Shown piece after piece: positions 1-9,839 of a DNA stretch of 48,483 nt. The notes under the pieces are model-generated. The model worked only from the letters and a program-made list of their open reading frames with translations. It was not told the DNA's origin and did not search any database. The stretch spans positions 7,409 through 55,891 of the forward strand of contig CAZPEV010000002.1 in the NCBI GenBank assembly GCA_964585635.1, written 5' to 3'. Position 1 is the stretch's first letter. Each line of letters starts with the position of its first letter. The translations under genes were made by a program, and so were the position numbers. Source of the DNA: an uncultured Ignavibacteriales bacterium (GTDB lineage: Bacteria; Zixibacteria; MSB-5A5; GN15; JAAZOE01).

Positions 1-171
1 GGGGGGGAGGTGCGGCCATTTGCGGATTTGGTGTCATGCTCCGTCGCGCCGTCCGACAAGCGGCTCGAGTTGTACTACTTTCCGAAATATTTTACGCTTG
101 GGCTCTGGGTGTCGATGATGTCGATTGCGGCGGCGGTAATCGGCCCGATCCTGCGGCGACGTTTACGGTAG
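1..171 (+). CDS. Partial CDS (3' end only, 5' end off-window): C-terminal TM helix and basic tail of an unidentified membrane protein
   Basis: Frame 1 is open from base 1 to TAG 169-171 and ends ...YYFPKYFTLGLWVSMMSIAAAVIGPILRRRLR*. It is absent from the ORF track because it has no start. No family can be assigned. Confidence 0.3.
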   Translation, partial: GGEVRPFADLVSCSVAPSDKRLELYYFPKYFTLGLWVSMMSIAAAVIGPILRRRLR

Positions 172-846
172 CAGGCGATATTTAAGCAAGGTCCAGATGG
201 CTATGGCGCCATCGTGCCAGCGAATCTTCTTTCCCTCCTCGATTTTGCGGGGCGAGTACCGAATCGGGATCTCGACGATGGGAATTTTGCGCCGGCCGAG
301 TTTGGCGACCAATTCGGGACAGAATTCAAAGCGGCGGCACGTCAGGCCGAGCGATTTCATCAGGTCGGTGCGCACCATTTTGTAGCAGGTCGATTCGTCG
401 GAAATCCTGACCGGGTAAAGGAGATTGGCCAGCAGGGTCAACAGGCGTCCGCCCCAGTAGTATCGGCGGTAGGAAATACCCGACGAGGCGCCCATGATGC
501 GCGACCCGAAGACGGCCTCGGCGTTGCGATCGCGCGCGGTTTGCAGCATGGTCACGATGTCCGAGGGATCATACTCCAGGTCGGCGTCCTGAATAACCGT
601 ATACTCGCCCCGGGCCGCGGCTAGCCCGGTCCGAATGGCGGCGCCTTTTCCCTGATTTGCCGTGTGTCCGAGAAGAATCAACGCGCCCCGATCGGCATAT
701 TCCCGGAGAATCGAGGGGGATGAGTCGCGGGAGGCATCATCGACGGCGATGATCTCTTTGTCAATCGGCAGCGCCACAAGGCGGTCGAGAATTTGCCTGA
801 GCGTCCGCTCCTCGTTGAAGACCGGGACGATGATCGACAGATGCAT
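163..846 (-). CDS. Family-2 (GT-A) glycosyltransferase, polyprenyl-phosphate sugar synthase-like
   Basis: 227-aa ORF with GT2 signatures IIVPVFNEE, AVDDASRDSS and QDADLEYDP (DxD). Confidence 0.9.
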   Translation of the reverse strand: MHLSIIVPVFNEERTLRQILDRLVALPIDKEIIAVDDASRDSSPSILREYADRGALILLGHTANQGKGAAIRTGLAAARGEYTVIQDADLEYDPSDIVTMLQTARDRNAEAVFGSRIMGASSGISYRRYYWGGRLLTLLANLLYPVRISDESTCYKMVRTDLMKSLGLTCRRFEFCPELVAKLGRRKIPIVEIPIRYSPRKIEEGKKIRWHDGAIAIWTLLKYRLLP

Positions 847-852
847 AATGAT

Positions 853-881
853 ATACTACCAATACCGAACGAGTTTGTCAA
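853..881 (-). promoter_or_regulatory. Sigma70-type promoter for the GT2 gene, with leaderless geometry
   Basis: Minus strand reads TTGACA (881-876), a 17-nt spacer, TAGTAT (858-853), then 6 nt to ATG at 846. Confidence 0.45.
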
Positions 882-986
882 CCGGGAGGCAAGGGAGGAC
901 GTTGCGCGGGTCGAGAGATATCAATCAAGGCGCTGTCGGACAATCCGTTAGGGAGCTGCCAGGAATCGCTTGCGGCGAGGAAAATC

Positions 987-1015
987 TTGACATCGGTTTG
1001 GTCGGGTGGTATACT
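987..1015 (+). promoter_or_regulatory. Sigma70-type promoter for the EPS export/assembly operon
   Basis: TTGACA (987-992), 17-nt spacer, TATACT (1010-1015). It is divergent from the GT2 promoter. The predicted TSS near 1022 lies downstream of the 1006 ATG, which favours the 1054 start. Confidence 0.5.
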
Positions 1016-1053
1016 TTATGGTTAAGTCTTATTATTCTGATGGAAGCTGGGGT

Positions 1054-2592
1054 ATGAGATTGCCGGGCAAACATACGATCTTGACGGGACTGCTTTTTCT
1101 GATTGTCGCGGCCGCTTCCGCCATGGCTCAGGAAGCAGGGACGAGGACCCAGAATTCGAATGACCTCAACCTGAATCAGTCGGCGCGGTACACGCCGTTC
1201 TCGTTCGATTTTCCTTTTACCACGAATATGGTGTTGCAGCAGGTTCAGAACCGATTTTTCGACACCTATGTCGACCCCGACGAATACGTGATTGGACCGG
1301 GCGATCGCTTTGGTATTTTCTTTACGTCCGGCCAGATAGGCGACTTGTCGTGCGAGACGAATTCCGACGGCACCGTGTTTATCAAATCGCTGGGATCGAT
1401 CGAACTGGCACATGTCACCTTGCGGCTGGCCACCGAAAAGATCAGGGCGGCCATAGAGAAGATTTATCCCCGGTCCGACTTCGCCGTGCAACTGACCGGG
1501 TTTCGCATTTCGCGTATCAATGTCATCGGAGAAATTTCCCGTCCCGGGGCCTACTATGCGCCAGCCGTTTGGCGGGTGTCGGACGTCATCAATCTGGCCG
1601 GCGGATTGACTTCGACGGCGTTGCCGCGGCAGATTGTCCTGCGCGGATTCGGCCGGGACCTGCCGGTCGATCTGACCGCTTTTGTGGTACGGGGAGACCG
1701 GAAGAGCAATCCTCTGGTCTGCAACGGCGATATCATCGTCGTCCCTCACCAGGCCGCCGCGACCGGGTATGTGACGGTGTCGGGCGAAGTGAATCGCCCC
1801 GGCACCTTTGAGTCGGTGGCTGGAGACCGCCTGAATGATCTTCTTGATTTCGTGGGCGGCCTGAAGGGCGAAGCCGCCAAGCTGGAGATTGTTGTGACGG
1901 GGAACGATGGTCGGGAACGGGTGCGTTTGGACGGCGCCTCGGAGACGGTGGCGGCTTTTCAGCCCCTGCCCGGCGATAACATCCGGGTCGCCTGGAAGGA
2001 TGGCCGGCGCGATTTTGGCGCGGTCGAAATCATGGGCGCGGTGGAACGTCCCGGCCGGTACCCGATTCCGAATGAGCAGTTTACCGTGGCGGACCTCTTC
2101 CAACTGTGCGGCGGCGCTCGGCCGGACGCCAATGTGGAATTGATGCAGCTGTTTCGACGATCGTGGAAACGCCTCGTCAGCGCCATACCGGCCGGGGGCG
2201 ATACGCGCGACCCACTCACCGCCGAGACCGGCGCGGCCCGGGAGGCGCCCGACGGCGAGTCCCATACTTTGGTCAGTTGCAATCCGCGCGATCCCTGGAA
2301 ACCGAGCGGCGTAACATTGATCGATGGCGATTCCCTATACCTGCCGGAGGCGACGGGGATGGTAATGGTTACCGGCGCCGTGGCGGCTCCCGGGCTGGTG
2401 CGGTACCAGAAGGGTCAACGGATAGATTATTATCTCAGGCAGGCCGGAAGTCTCGGGTTCGACGCCGATCGCAGCCGGATGGTCGTCATTAATCCCGTGA
2501 CCGGCGCGCGGATCGGGGCGGCCGGGGCCGGGGCGTTGTTTGACAGCGAGATTCTGTACGTGCCTCGAAAGGAAAGTCAGGCAAAACCATGA
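1054..2592 (+). CDS. Outer-membrane polysaccharide export protein (Wza-like: Poly_export domain plus repeated SLBB modules)
   Basis: Signal peptide MRLPGKHTILTGLLFLIVAAASAMAQ starts at ATG 1054. Poly_export-like YVIGPGDRFGIFF...DGTVFIKSLGSIEL is followed by four SLBB-like repeats (GEISRPGAY, GEVNRPGTF, GAVERPGRY, GAVAAPGLV). Confidence 0.85.
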   Translation: MRLPGKHTILTGLLFLIVAAASAMAQEAGTRTQNSNDLNLNQSARYTPFSFDFPFTTNMVLQQVQNRFFDTYVDPDEYVIGPGDRFGIFFTSGQIGDLSCETNSDGTVFIKSLGSIELAHVTLRLATEKIRAAIEKIYPRSDFAVQLTGFRISRINVIGEISRPGAYYAPAVWRVSDVINLAGGLTSTALPRQIVLRGFGRDLPVDLTAFVVRGDRKSNPLVCNGDIIVVPHQAAATGYVTVSGEVNRPGTFESVAGDRLNDLLDFVGGLKGEAAKLEIVVTGNDGRERVRLDGASETVAAFQPLPGDNIRVAWKDGRRDFGAVEIMGAVERPGRYPIPNEQFTVADLFQLCGGARPDANVELMQLFRRSWKRLVSAIPAGGDTRDPLTAETGAAREAPDGESHTLVSCNPRDPWKPSGVTLIDGDSLYLPEATGMVMVTGAVAAPGLVRYQKGQRIDYYLRQAGSLGFDADRSRMVVINPVTGARIGAAGAGALFDSEILYVPRKESQAKP

Positions 2593-3788
2593 TCACCGAC
2601 GCCAAAGGGGCTTTCAACCTATGGCAGTTGCTGCTGGTGCTGGCCCGGCGACGGAAATTCATCGTCGGCTTCGTCCTGCTGGCCACCGTCATCGCGGTCG
2701 TCGTGGCCTTGGTGCTGCCCAAGTGGTACCGTGCCAAGACCTCGATTCTGCCGGCGCAGTATGATCAACCGCTCGGCATCTCCGGTAGTTTTGCCCAGTA
2801 CACACTCTCGACCTCCGGTTTTCAGTTGCCGATCATGGCCACGCCCAGCGACGTCTATGCCACCATGCTCAAATCCGAGACGGTCGCCCGGGGAGTCATT
2901 ACCGATAATGATCTCCTCAGCTATCTGCATTTGAAATCGCTGCAGGAGTGCGAACGGTATCTCTTGGGAAAAACCAGCGTCAAGATCACGGGGGAGGGGG
3001 TCGTCGAGCTGTATTTCATGGACAAGGATCCGGCCAAGGCGGCCACCGTCGCCAACAGCTATATCGTTCACCTGGATCGGCTGAATCGGGAGGTCAAGGC
3101 GGCTAAGGCCAGATCCGACAAGGCCTTCATTCACGGTCGGCTGCAGGCGACCAAAACGCTCCTTGACAGCGCTCGGGCCGAGCTTCTGGCCTTTCAGACG
3201 ACCTACAAGGCGATCGACCTGCCCAAGCAGAAGGAAGTGGCTCTTCAAGCCGCCACGGAATTGAAGAGCCGCCTGGTGATGACCCAGGTCACGTTGGATG
3301 TCAAGCGGAATACGTATTCGCCCGATCACCCGGAAATCCGCCAATTGGAAGATGAGATCGTTCAGTTGAAGCATCAATTGGCGGTCATCGAAGACGGCCC
3401 CGTCGGAACCCAGTCGTATTTCGACCTGGGGTTGTCGGCGATGCCGGAATTGGCGGTGCGTTACGCCGAATTGCAGGGTAACGTGGCCATTCAGGAAAAA
3501 GTCTATGAGCTTTTGACCAATTTGTATGAGGAAGCCCGGATCAAAGAGCAGAAGGACACGCCCACCATCGCCGTTCTGGAAACCGCCTATCCGCCGGAGT
3601 TGAAATATCGACCGCAGCGAACGATTATCGTGATGGCGGCCTTTGGGGGATCGCTGGTGCTGGCCTTATTCCTGGCGCTGTTCGCCGATTACCTGCAGTA
3701 TCTGCGGCGCTCCTCGCCTTCCGATTTTGACCTGATCATGCAAGCCCGAAACGAATTCACCGGCAAGACCGGGTATCCAGACTCATAA
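2589..3788 (+). CDS. Polysaccharide chain-length determinant / co-polymerase (Wzz/GumC-like PCP, no kinase domain)
   Basis: N-terminal TM (FIVGFVLLATVIAVVVALVL), a long coiled-coil-like middle region, and a C-terminal TM (IIVMAAFGGSLVLALFLALF). ATGA overlap with the upstream gene. Confidence 0.8.
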   Translation: MITDAKGAFNLWQLLLVLARRRKFIVGFVLLATVIAVVVALVLPKWYRAKTSILPAQYDQPLGISGSFAQYTLSTSGFQLPIMATPSDVYATMLKSETVARGVITDNDLLSYLHLKSLQECERYLLGKTSVKITGEGVVELYFMDKDPAKAATVANSYIVHLDRLNREVKAAKARSDKAFIHGRLQATKTLLDSARAELLAFQTTYKAIDLPKQKEVALQAATELKSRLVMTQVTLDVKRNTYSPDHPEIRQLEDEIVQLKHQLAVIEDGPVGTQSYFDLGLSAMPELAVRYAELQGNVAIQEKVYELLTNLYEEARIKEQKDTPTIAVLETAYPPELKYRPQRTIIVMAAFGGSLVLALFLALFADYLQYLRRSSPSDFDLIMQARNEFTGKTGYPDS

Positions 3789-3900
3789 AACGGGGCGCTA
3801 TCCGGCCGATCCTCGACCCGCGCTCAGCGCGGTGACAAAGGGGCCATCGCAGTCGGCCGGCGAGTGAGCCAAGCGTCCGCATAACCCAAAGGACACCAAG

Positions 3901-4659
3901 ATGGAACACAGCATAATCGATCCGAGCGCCCGAATCGGTGCCGGGACGACGGTGGGGTTTTTCGCCGTCATCGGAAAGAACGCGGCCATCGGCCAGGGCT
4001 GTATCATCGGCCACCACGTGACCATTCATGACGATACCGTTGTCGGCGACAACACCCGGATTGATGACGGTGCTGTGATCGGTAAGCGACCGATGCGGGC
4101 CGCCAATTCGGCGGTGACGAAGGAGCAGGAGCTGCCTCCCTGCCGGATCGGGCAGGAGGGGATTGTCGGCAGCGGCGCAGTGCTTTATCGGGGAGCCGAC
4201 CTCGGCCGCCGGGTGCTGGTGGCGGACCTGGCCACGGTCCGCGAAAACGTCGCCATCGGCGATTACACGATTGTCGGGCGGGGGGTGGCGGTTGAGAATT
4301 TTTGCACGATCGGGCGCTACTGCAAGCTGGAGACGAACGCCTATATCACCGCCTATTCCACCCTGGCCGATCGCGTTTTCGTGGCCCCCTGTGTGGCAAC
4401 TTCCAACGACAACTACGTTGGGCGGACCAAGGAACGATTTCAGCATTTCAAGGGCGTGACGGTCGATAAGGGGGGGCGGATCGGCGTCAACGCCACGGTC
4501 TTGCCGGGGAAACATATCGGCGCCGACGGGCTGGTGGCGGCCGGGGCGTTGGTGACCAAAGATGTTCCGGCGCAGACAGTCGTGGCCGGAGTGCCGGCCG
4601 CCCAGTTTGGCCCGGTGCCGGACAATCAGTTGCTTGACAACCAAGGCTGGCCGGAATAA
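3901..4659 (+). CDS. Left-handed beta-helix (hexapeptide-repeat) acyl/acetyltransferase, probably sugar N-acyltransferase
   Basis: Hexapeptide-like periodicity runs through the protein (ARIGAGTTVG, AAIGQGCIIG, TVVGDNTRID, VAIGDYTIVG, GGRIGVNATV). It sits directly upstream of a DegT aminotransferase. Confidence 0.8.
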   Translation: MEHSIIDPSARIGAGTTVGFFAVIGKNAAIGQGCIIGHHVTIHDDTVVGDNTRIDDGAVIGKRPMRAANSAVTKEQELPPCRIGQEGIVGSGAVLYRGADLGRRVLVADLATVRENVAIGDYTIVGRGVAVENFCTIGRYCKLETNAYITAYSTLADRVFVAPCVATSNDNYVGRTKERFQHFKGVTVDKGGRIGVNATVLPGKHIGADGLVAAGALVTKDVPAQTVVAGVPAAQFGPVPDNQLLDNQGWPE

Positions 4660-4669
4660 GGAGGAACCG

Positions 4670-5770
4670 ATGGCGGTGCCATTACTCGACTTGAGTCGGC
4701 AGTACGCCCCGATTCGGGCCGATATAGATCGGGCGATAAAAGAGGTGCTCGATCATTGCGGATTCATCCTCGGTCCCGAGGTAAAGGAATTCGAGGCTCA
4801 GGCGGCCGCGCTCTGCGGGACGACCCATGCCCTGGGGGTGGCTTCGGGCACCGATGCTTTGCTCCTGTCGCTGCGGGCGTGCGGCGTCGGGCCGGGAGAT
4901 GAAGTCATCACCTCGGCCTTTTCCTTCTTTGCCTCGGCCGGAGTTATCAGCCACCTCGGCGCCCGACCGGTGTTCGTCGATATTGATCCCGAGACGTATA
5001 ATATCGACCCGACCCGGGTCGAGGGCGCCGTTACGCCGCGCACCAAAGTCATAATGCCGATTCACCTCTTCGGCCAGTGCGCCGATATGGACCCGATTCT
5101 GGAGATTGCCGCACGGCACGGCCTTAGGGTCGTCGAGGATGCCGCTCAGGCGATCGGCAGCCGGTACGGGGGCCGGATGGCCGGCTCAATGGGCGATTTG
5201 GGATGTTTTTCGTTTTTCCCAACCAAGAACCTCGGGGCGGCCGGGGACGGGGGGATGGTCGCGACCAATGACCCGGACCTGGCGGATCAGATTCGTATCC
5301 TTCGCCAGCACGGCGGCCGCACGGAGTATTTGCATCAGATCGTCGGGTATAATTCGCGGCTGGACACGCTGCAGGCGGCGATCCTGATGGTCAAGCTTCC
5401 GCATTTGGCCCGCTGGACCGAAGCCCGACGCCGGAATGCCGCCCGCTACGATGACGCTTTTCGTGGTCTGCCGCTTCGGACGCCGGTCGCCAAATCGTTT
5501 GCTTATCATATTTACAACCAGTACACGATTGCCCTCGACCGCCGCGATGAGCTGATCGATTGGCTGAAGGAGCGCCGGATCGGCCACAAGGTCTATTATC
5601 CCGTTCCCTTCCATCTCCAGGAATGTTTTGCCGGGTTGGGGTATCATAAAGGGGAAATCCCGCGCTGCGAAAAGGCGGCGAGATCGGTTCTCTCGCTGCC
5701 GATCTTCGGCGAAATGACCGCGGCGGAGCAGGGTGAGGTCATCGATGCCGTCAGGCGCTTTTTTGGCTGA
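4670..5770 (+). CDS. DegT/DnrJ/EryC1/StrS-family PLP-dependent sugar aminotransferase
   Basis: ATG 4670 is preceded by AAGGAGGA. Sequence VPLLDLSRQY..., GTDALLLSL and FSFFPTKNLG (PLP lysine) are typical of the family. The 4562 extension overlaps the upstream gene and was rejected. Confidence 0.92.
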   Translation: MAVPLLDLSRQYAPIRADIDRAIKEVLDHCGFILGPEVKEFEAQAAALCGTTHALGVASGTDALLLSLRACGVGPGDEVITSAFSFFASAGVISHLGARPVFVDIDPETYNIDPTRVEGAVTPRTKVIMPIHLFGQCADMDPILEIAARHGLRVVEDAAQAIGSRYGGRMAGSMGDLGCFSFFPTKNLGAAGDGGMVATNDPDLADQIRILRQHGGRTEYLHQIVGYNSRLDTLQAAILMVKLPHLARWTEARRRNAARYDDAFRGLPLRTPVAKSFAYHIYNQYTIALDRRDELIDWLKERRIGHKVYYPVPFHLQECFAGLGYHKGEIPRCEKAARSVLSLPIFGEMTAAEQGEVIDAVRRFFG

Positions 5771-5806
5771 GCCATGGGATCATTCGATCGCGATTGATCT
5801 CCGCTT

Positions 5807-7381
5807 TTGGCGTCTTCGGAGAGAACGGCGGTGAACCAGCGGTCGGAGTCCATTACGCGCGCCACCCTCGCCATCGCGGCCCTGGTCTTGATTTCCAAGG
5901 CGATCGGCTTTGTGCGCGAGATGGTTATCGCCTATGAATTCGGCACCGGCGCCGCCTATGATGTGTACTTGATCGCGGTGTCAATCCCGGTGGCGGTCTA
6001 TGCCTTGGTCGGTTACGCCTTGTCGAACCTGTTCGTTCCTCGCTATAGTCAGGCGGCCATTGCGCCCGATCGACCGACTGCGCTGCAATCGCTTTGGGGC
6101 GATTTCAATCTCCTGGCCGCCGGCGCCGTCGCGGTAATGGTGGCGATCATCGTCGCCGCCCCCCAGCTTCTTCGGCTGATCGCCCCCGGCCTCGACGTTC
6201 GCTACGTGAATGACGCGACGTTGATTACCCGCGTGTCGTCGGTGATCATCCTCATGGCGGTGGCGGAGGCATTCTTCCGGTCGGCGTTAAATGCCGAGAA
6301 ACAGTTTGTCATCCCGGCCGCCGGTCCGATCGTGGCCAACGTCGTCATGATAGGATCGATCGCGCTTTTCTCCGGGCGGTTGTCGACCCGCGCCATTCTC
6401 TTTGGGGTGGTGGCGGGATATTTGGCGCAGGCGCTGGTCAATTTCGTCCCCTTCCGACGTCTGGAGATTGCCCGTTTCTTTCACTTGCGGATCAGCGCGC
6501 GACAGCGTCGGACGTTTGTGGCCGTGGCGGCGGCTATTTTGATGATCGAAGGGTCGTACCAGGTTCACACCATCGTGGACCGTTATTTTGCGTCATCGAT
6601 GGACGCCGGTATCGTCTCGGCGCTGGGATATGCGTCGCTGCTCTTCCTGCTGCCGATCACGATCTTTGCCTACGCCTTATCGACGGCGATTTTCCCCTTT
6701 CTCAGTGATGCCTTTGTCGGAGGTGACCCTAAGCGTAGCGGTTACCTGCTGTCGCGCGGGGTGGCCGTATCGGTGCTGGTGGCTATCCCCACGACGGTGA
6801 TCATGTGGCTCTTCGCCGACCAGATCGTGACCCTTTTTTTCCAGCGGGGAGCGTTTGGCCGGCAGTCGGTGATCAACACGGCGGTTCTGGTGCGGTATTT
6901 GGCGCTGGGATTGATCGGGCAGTTTCTCCTGTGGCTATTGTCGCGAGCCTATTATGCCGCCGGCAAGCTGGCGATTTTGGGAATTCAAGTGGCCGTAATG
7001 CTGATCGTAAAAGTAGCGGCGGCGGTCCTGCTGGTCGGACCTCTGGGGTCGATTGGATTGGCAGCCTCCAGCAGCATCAGTTATTCTTGCGGCGCCCTGC
7101 TCTTGCTGGCGACGGCCGGCAGATATCTGGCGCCGATTGACGGCCGGGGATTGATGCGGTATGTTGCCAAGGTCGTGCTGGCCTCGGCGGCCGGGGGAGG
7201 GGCGATGTATTGGTGGAGCAGAAGGGTGTTTGTTCCCGCCGACACGACACTCGCTCTGCTCTCCGCCGTCGTCTCCGGGGTGGCCGTTATGGTCGGGGTC
7301 AGCGCGGCGGTGGCCTACCTCCTGCGCGTTTCTGACGTGCGCGAGGTGGTGCGGCTAATAGGCGGAAGGCGATCAGGATGA
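5807..7381 (+). CDS. murJ: MurJ/MviN-family flippase (lipid II or EPS repeat-unit flippase)
   Basis: Polytopic membrane protein with the characteristic N-terminal ISKAIGFVREMVIAYEFGTGAAYDVYLIAVSIP. The start is TTG 5807 or GTG 5831. Confidence 0.85.
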   Translation: MASSERTAVNQRSESITRATLAIAALVLISKAIGFVREMVIAYEFGTGAAYDVYLIAVSIPVAVYALVGYALSNLFVPRYSQAAIAPDRPTALQSLWGDFNLLAAGAVAVMVAIIVAAPQLLRLIAPGLDVRYVNDATLITRVSSVIILMAVAEAFFRSALNAEKQFVIPAAGPIVANVVMIGSIALFSGRLSTRAILFGVVAGYLAQALVNFVPFRRLEIARFFHLRISARQRRTFVAVAAAILMIEGSYQVHTIVDRYFASSMDAGIVSALGYASLLFLLPITIFAYALSTAIFPFLSDAFVGGDPKRSGYLLSRGVAVSVLVAIPTTVIMWLFADQIVTLFFQRGAFGRQSVINTAVLVRYLALGLIGQFLLWLLSRAYYAAGKLAILGIQVAVMLIVKVAAAVLLVGPLGSIGLAASSSISYSCGALLLLATAGRYLAPIDGRGLMRYVAKVVLASAAGGGAMYWWSRRVFVPADTTLALLSAVVSGVAVMVGVSAAVAYLLRVSDVREVVRLIGGRRSG

Positions 7382-8781
7382 TCGATGCGGAGATTGACAT
7401 GACAGCCGAAAGCGGCCTCCGGATTACCGACGTCAAGTTGGTTGTCGCGGCCTCGGTGTGGGCCGTCATCCTGGTGGCTCTGTTCTTATGGAAGCCGTTG
7501 GCAGCCGAGGCCTTCGCCGCCGGTTGCCTGAGTTTGCTTCTGGTTTCTCACGGGCCGGCCGCTATCGTCGCCCTGATTGCCGCCACGTTTGTCTTCTATC
7601 TTATGGAATTTGGCGTCATGCTGCTGCCGTCCGATGTCATCGCGTTCATGTTGGTGGGCGCCTATCTGGTCGACCTGTTGACGCGCGGCCCGGTGCCGGC
7701 GCCGAATCGGATCGGCCGCGCCTACCTGGCCTTCCTGTCGGTTATGCTGATTTCCATCGCGCTGGAGGGATTCACGGCGTTGTCGGTGCGATATTTTCTC
7801 AGGCAGGTGGTGCTGGTAGCCACGTTTTTTGCGGTGGCTCATTTTGGATGGCGGCTTAAGGGGCGCCTGCTTTTAAACTTTTATGTCATGATCGCGATCG
7901 GCAATTCACTCTATGCCCTGATGCAGTTTCTCAGGGCCGGAGGAGGCATCAGATCATTCGGCGTGTCCGGGCACGGTTTTGGAGACCATGCCATGCTGGC
8001 CTTCTTGATTACCGCCGTGTCTTACCTCTGGTCGACAGATATTCGCGCCCGGTTGCTTTGGGGGACGGCGGCGATAGTAACCGCGTGTGCAATGATTGCC
8101 ACGCAGACCCGGGCTTCGATTATCACGGCCGGGTGGGGCGTTATCCTGGCGGTGGGATTGGCCCTATGGGTCGGGCGGCGGCTAGGCTCGCGTCAGCCGC
8201 TGCGGAATCTGATTATGGCTATAATCCCGATTCTGATCATCGCTTCGGTCTTGGCGATCTACACCCCGGTGTTCGAGGGGATCGCCTCCCGATTCGGGCG
8301 ACTGGGGTTGCAGGCGTCCGAGACGGTGCTGCTGCGAGTCACGTTGTGGAAGGCGGCCCTGGAGGCGTTTTGGGCCAACCCTATCTTTGGAATCGGGGCC
8401 GGCAATTTTCCCATCGTCGGGCAGTGGATTCCCGGCGTCCGTTTTGATCCGGTCTTCTATTTGGTGTCGGGGCTGTCGACCCATGCCATTCTGATGACGG
8501 CGCTGGCTGAAACCGGTCTTGTCGGGCTGGCCGCCCTGGCCTGTTTCTTCTTCCGGGCGGTGCGCACGGCCTTTCGCAACTTTGCGGCGGTCGATCATGT
8601 CCCGGAGATTGTGTATGCCCAATGCCTTCTCTTGGGAGCGCTGGCGATAGTTGGGTCGTCGCTGTACGCCGGTTCCTGGTTCTGGGGCGGCAACAGCTAT
8701 CATATGGCGTTGATCTTCGGCCTCATCGCCGCCTATCATGGCCATGCCGCGGGCAGCCCTACGGGGAGACCCGGCCTGTGA
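7378..8781 (+). CDS. O-antigen ligase / Wzy-like polymerase family membrane protein
   Basis: At least 10 predicted TM helices and a Wzy_C-like stretch (IATQTRASIITAGWGVILA). ATGA overlap with murJ. Context is an EPS locus. Confidence 0.75.
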   Translation: MIDAEIDMTAESGLRITDVKLVVAASVWAVILVALFLWKPLAAEAFAAGCLSLLLVSHGPAAIVALIAATFVFYLMEFGVMLLPSDVIAFMLVGAYLVDLLTRGPVPAPNRIGRAYLAFLSVMLISIALEGFTALSVRYFLRQVVLVATFFAVAHFGWRLKGRLLLNFYVMIAIGNSLYALMQFLRAGGGIRSFGVSGHGFGDHAMLAFLITAVSYLWSTDIRARLLWGTAAIVTACAMIATQTRASIITAGWGVILAVGLALWVGRRLGSRQPLRNLIMAIIPILIIASVLAIYTPVFEGIASRFGRLGLQASETVLLRVTLWKAALEAFWANPIFGIGAGNFPIVGQWIPGVRFDPVFYLVSGLSTHAILMTALAETGLVGLAALACFFFRAVRTAFRNFAAVDHVPEIVYAQCLLLGALAIVGSSLYAGSWFWGGNSYHMALIFGLIAAYHGHAAGSPTGRPGL

Positions 8782-9839
8782 AGATCATCATGCTGGCCCA
8801 AGCCGGTTCGGCGCACACCCATCGTTGGGGCGCGGCGCTGGCCCGGCGCGGGCATCGCATTCATCTTATCACCAATAGCAGCCTGCCGGTTTCAGCGGAA
8901 GGAATCGACACCACCTTTCTGCCGGGAACGTCGTCGTTCGCTTACTTGCGCAATATTCCCCGAGCGCGCCGTCTCATACGTGCGTTGGCCCCGGATATCG
9001 TTCACGCGCATTTTGCCACCGGATATGGTTTGTGGGGAAGCTTCCAGGATTGTGCCCCGTTGATTCTGACCGTCTGGGGCTCAGACGTCGAGGATGCCCG
9101 CCAGGGCCGGTTCGGCGCAGCATGGGTGGTACGGCGGGCGTTACACAAGGCCTGTTTTGTCACCGCCCCCAGCCGTTTCCTAATGGACAGGACCATCGAT
9201 TTTGAGCCGTCCGCGGCCGGCAAGATTCGCCTCATACCCTTCGGAGTATCGATCCCCGATGACCCGCCGGTACGCCCGGCGCCGGAGTCCGGAATCATCC
9301 GGCTCATCTTTGCCAAGGCTTATCAGGCGACCTACGCCCCCGAATTGGCGATTGAGGCCTTCGTTTCGGCGTTCCGGGAGAATCCTCGCCTGCGATTGAC
9401 CATGATCGGCGGCGGCCCGCTGAAGGCGCAGTTGCAGAATCAGGCGGCGGCGGCAGGCCTGGCGGAGGTGATCGCGATCCATGATCGGCTGAATCCGGAG
9501 GAAGCCCTGGCGCGAATCAAAGAATCTGATCTCATGCTCATGCCGTCGCGCCGAGAATCGTTCGGGGTGGCAGCCCTGGAGGCGGCCGCCTATTCCATTC
9601 CGGTCATCGCGACGCGCGTCGGCGGCATTCCCGAGGTCGTCCAGAACGGGGCGACCGGGATTCTGGTTCCTTGCGACGACGTCGGGGCGCTGACGGGCGC
9701 GATCCTCCGCCTGGCCGGTGATGGCGGCCTGAGGGCGAAGATGGGCCAGGCCGGATATAAGTTCGTCAAAAGGCGTTTCGACCTGGCGGTGTCTGTAACG
9801 CAGATGGAAGCACTGTATCGGCAGGCGATGGCGGGGTAA
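8778..9839 (+). CDS. GT4 (GT-B) glycosyltransferase
   Basis: Start is GTG 8778 (GTGA overlap) or ATG 8790. N-terminus KIIMLAQAGSAHTHRWGAALARRGH and C-terminal ESFGVAALEAAAYSIPVIATRVGGIPEVV (E-x7-E region). Confidence 0.9.
   Translation: MKIIMLAQAGSAHTHRWGAALARRGHRIHLITNSSLPVSAEGIDTTFLPGTSSFAYLRNIPRARRLIRALAPDIVHAHFATGYGLWGSFQDCAPLILTVWGSDVEDARQGRFGAAWVVRRALHKACFVTAPSRFLMDRTIDFEPSAAGKIRLIPFGVSIPDDPPVRPAPESGIIRLIFAKAYQATYAPELAIEAFVSAFRENPRLRLTMIGGGPLKAQLQNQAAAAGLAEVIAIHDRLNPEEALARIKESDLMLMPSRRESFGVAALEAAAYSIPVIATRVGGIPEVVQNGATGILVPCDDVGALTGAILRLAGDGGLRAKMGQAGYKFVKRRFDLAVSVTQMEALYRQAMAG

Noticed and set aside
1-10. GGGGGGGAGG run at the very start of the window.
   Set aside because: It may be a contig-end poly-G artefact of two-colour sequencing chemistry or just coding sequence. 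This cannot be judged from a single sequence, so it has no biological weight.
925-2265. Long antisense or off-frame ORFs. Examples are 925-2265(-) 446 aa, 3757-4644(-), 11779-12807(-), 31494-32324(-), 46154-47443(+) 429 aa and 17683-18523(-).
   Set aside because: They lie entirely opposite or out of frame to genes with clear family signatures. They are Arg/Pro/Gly-rich with no recognisable motifs, which is typical of shadow ORFs in high-GC DNA.
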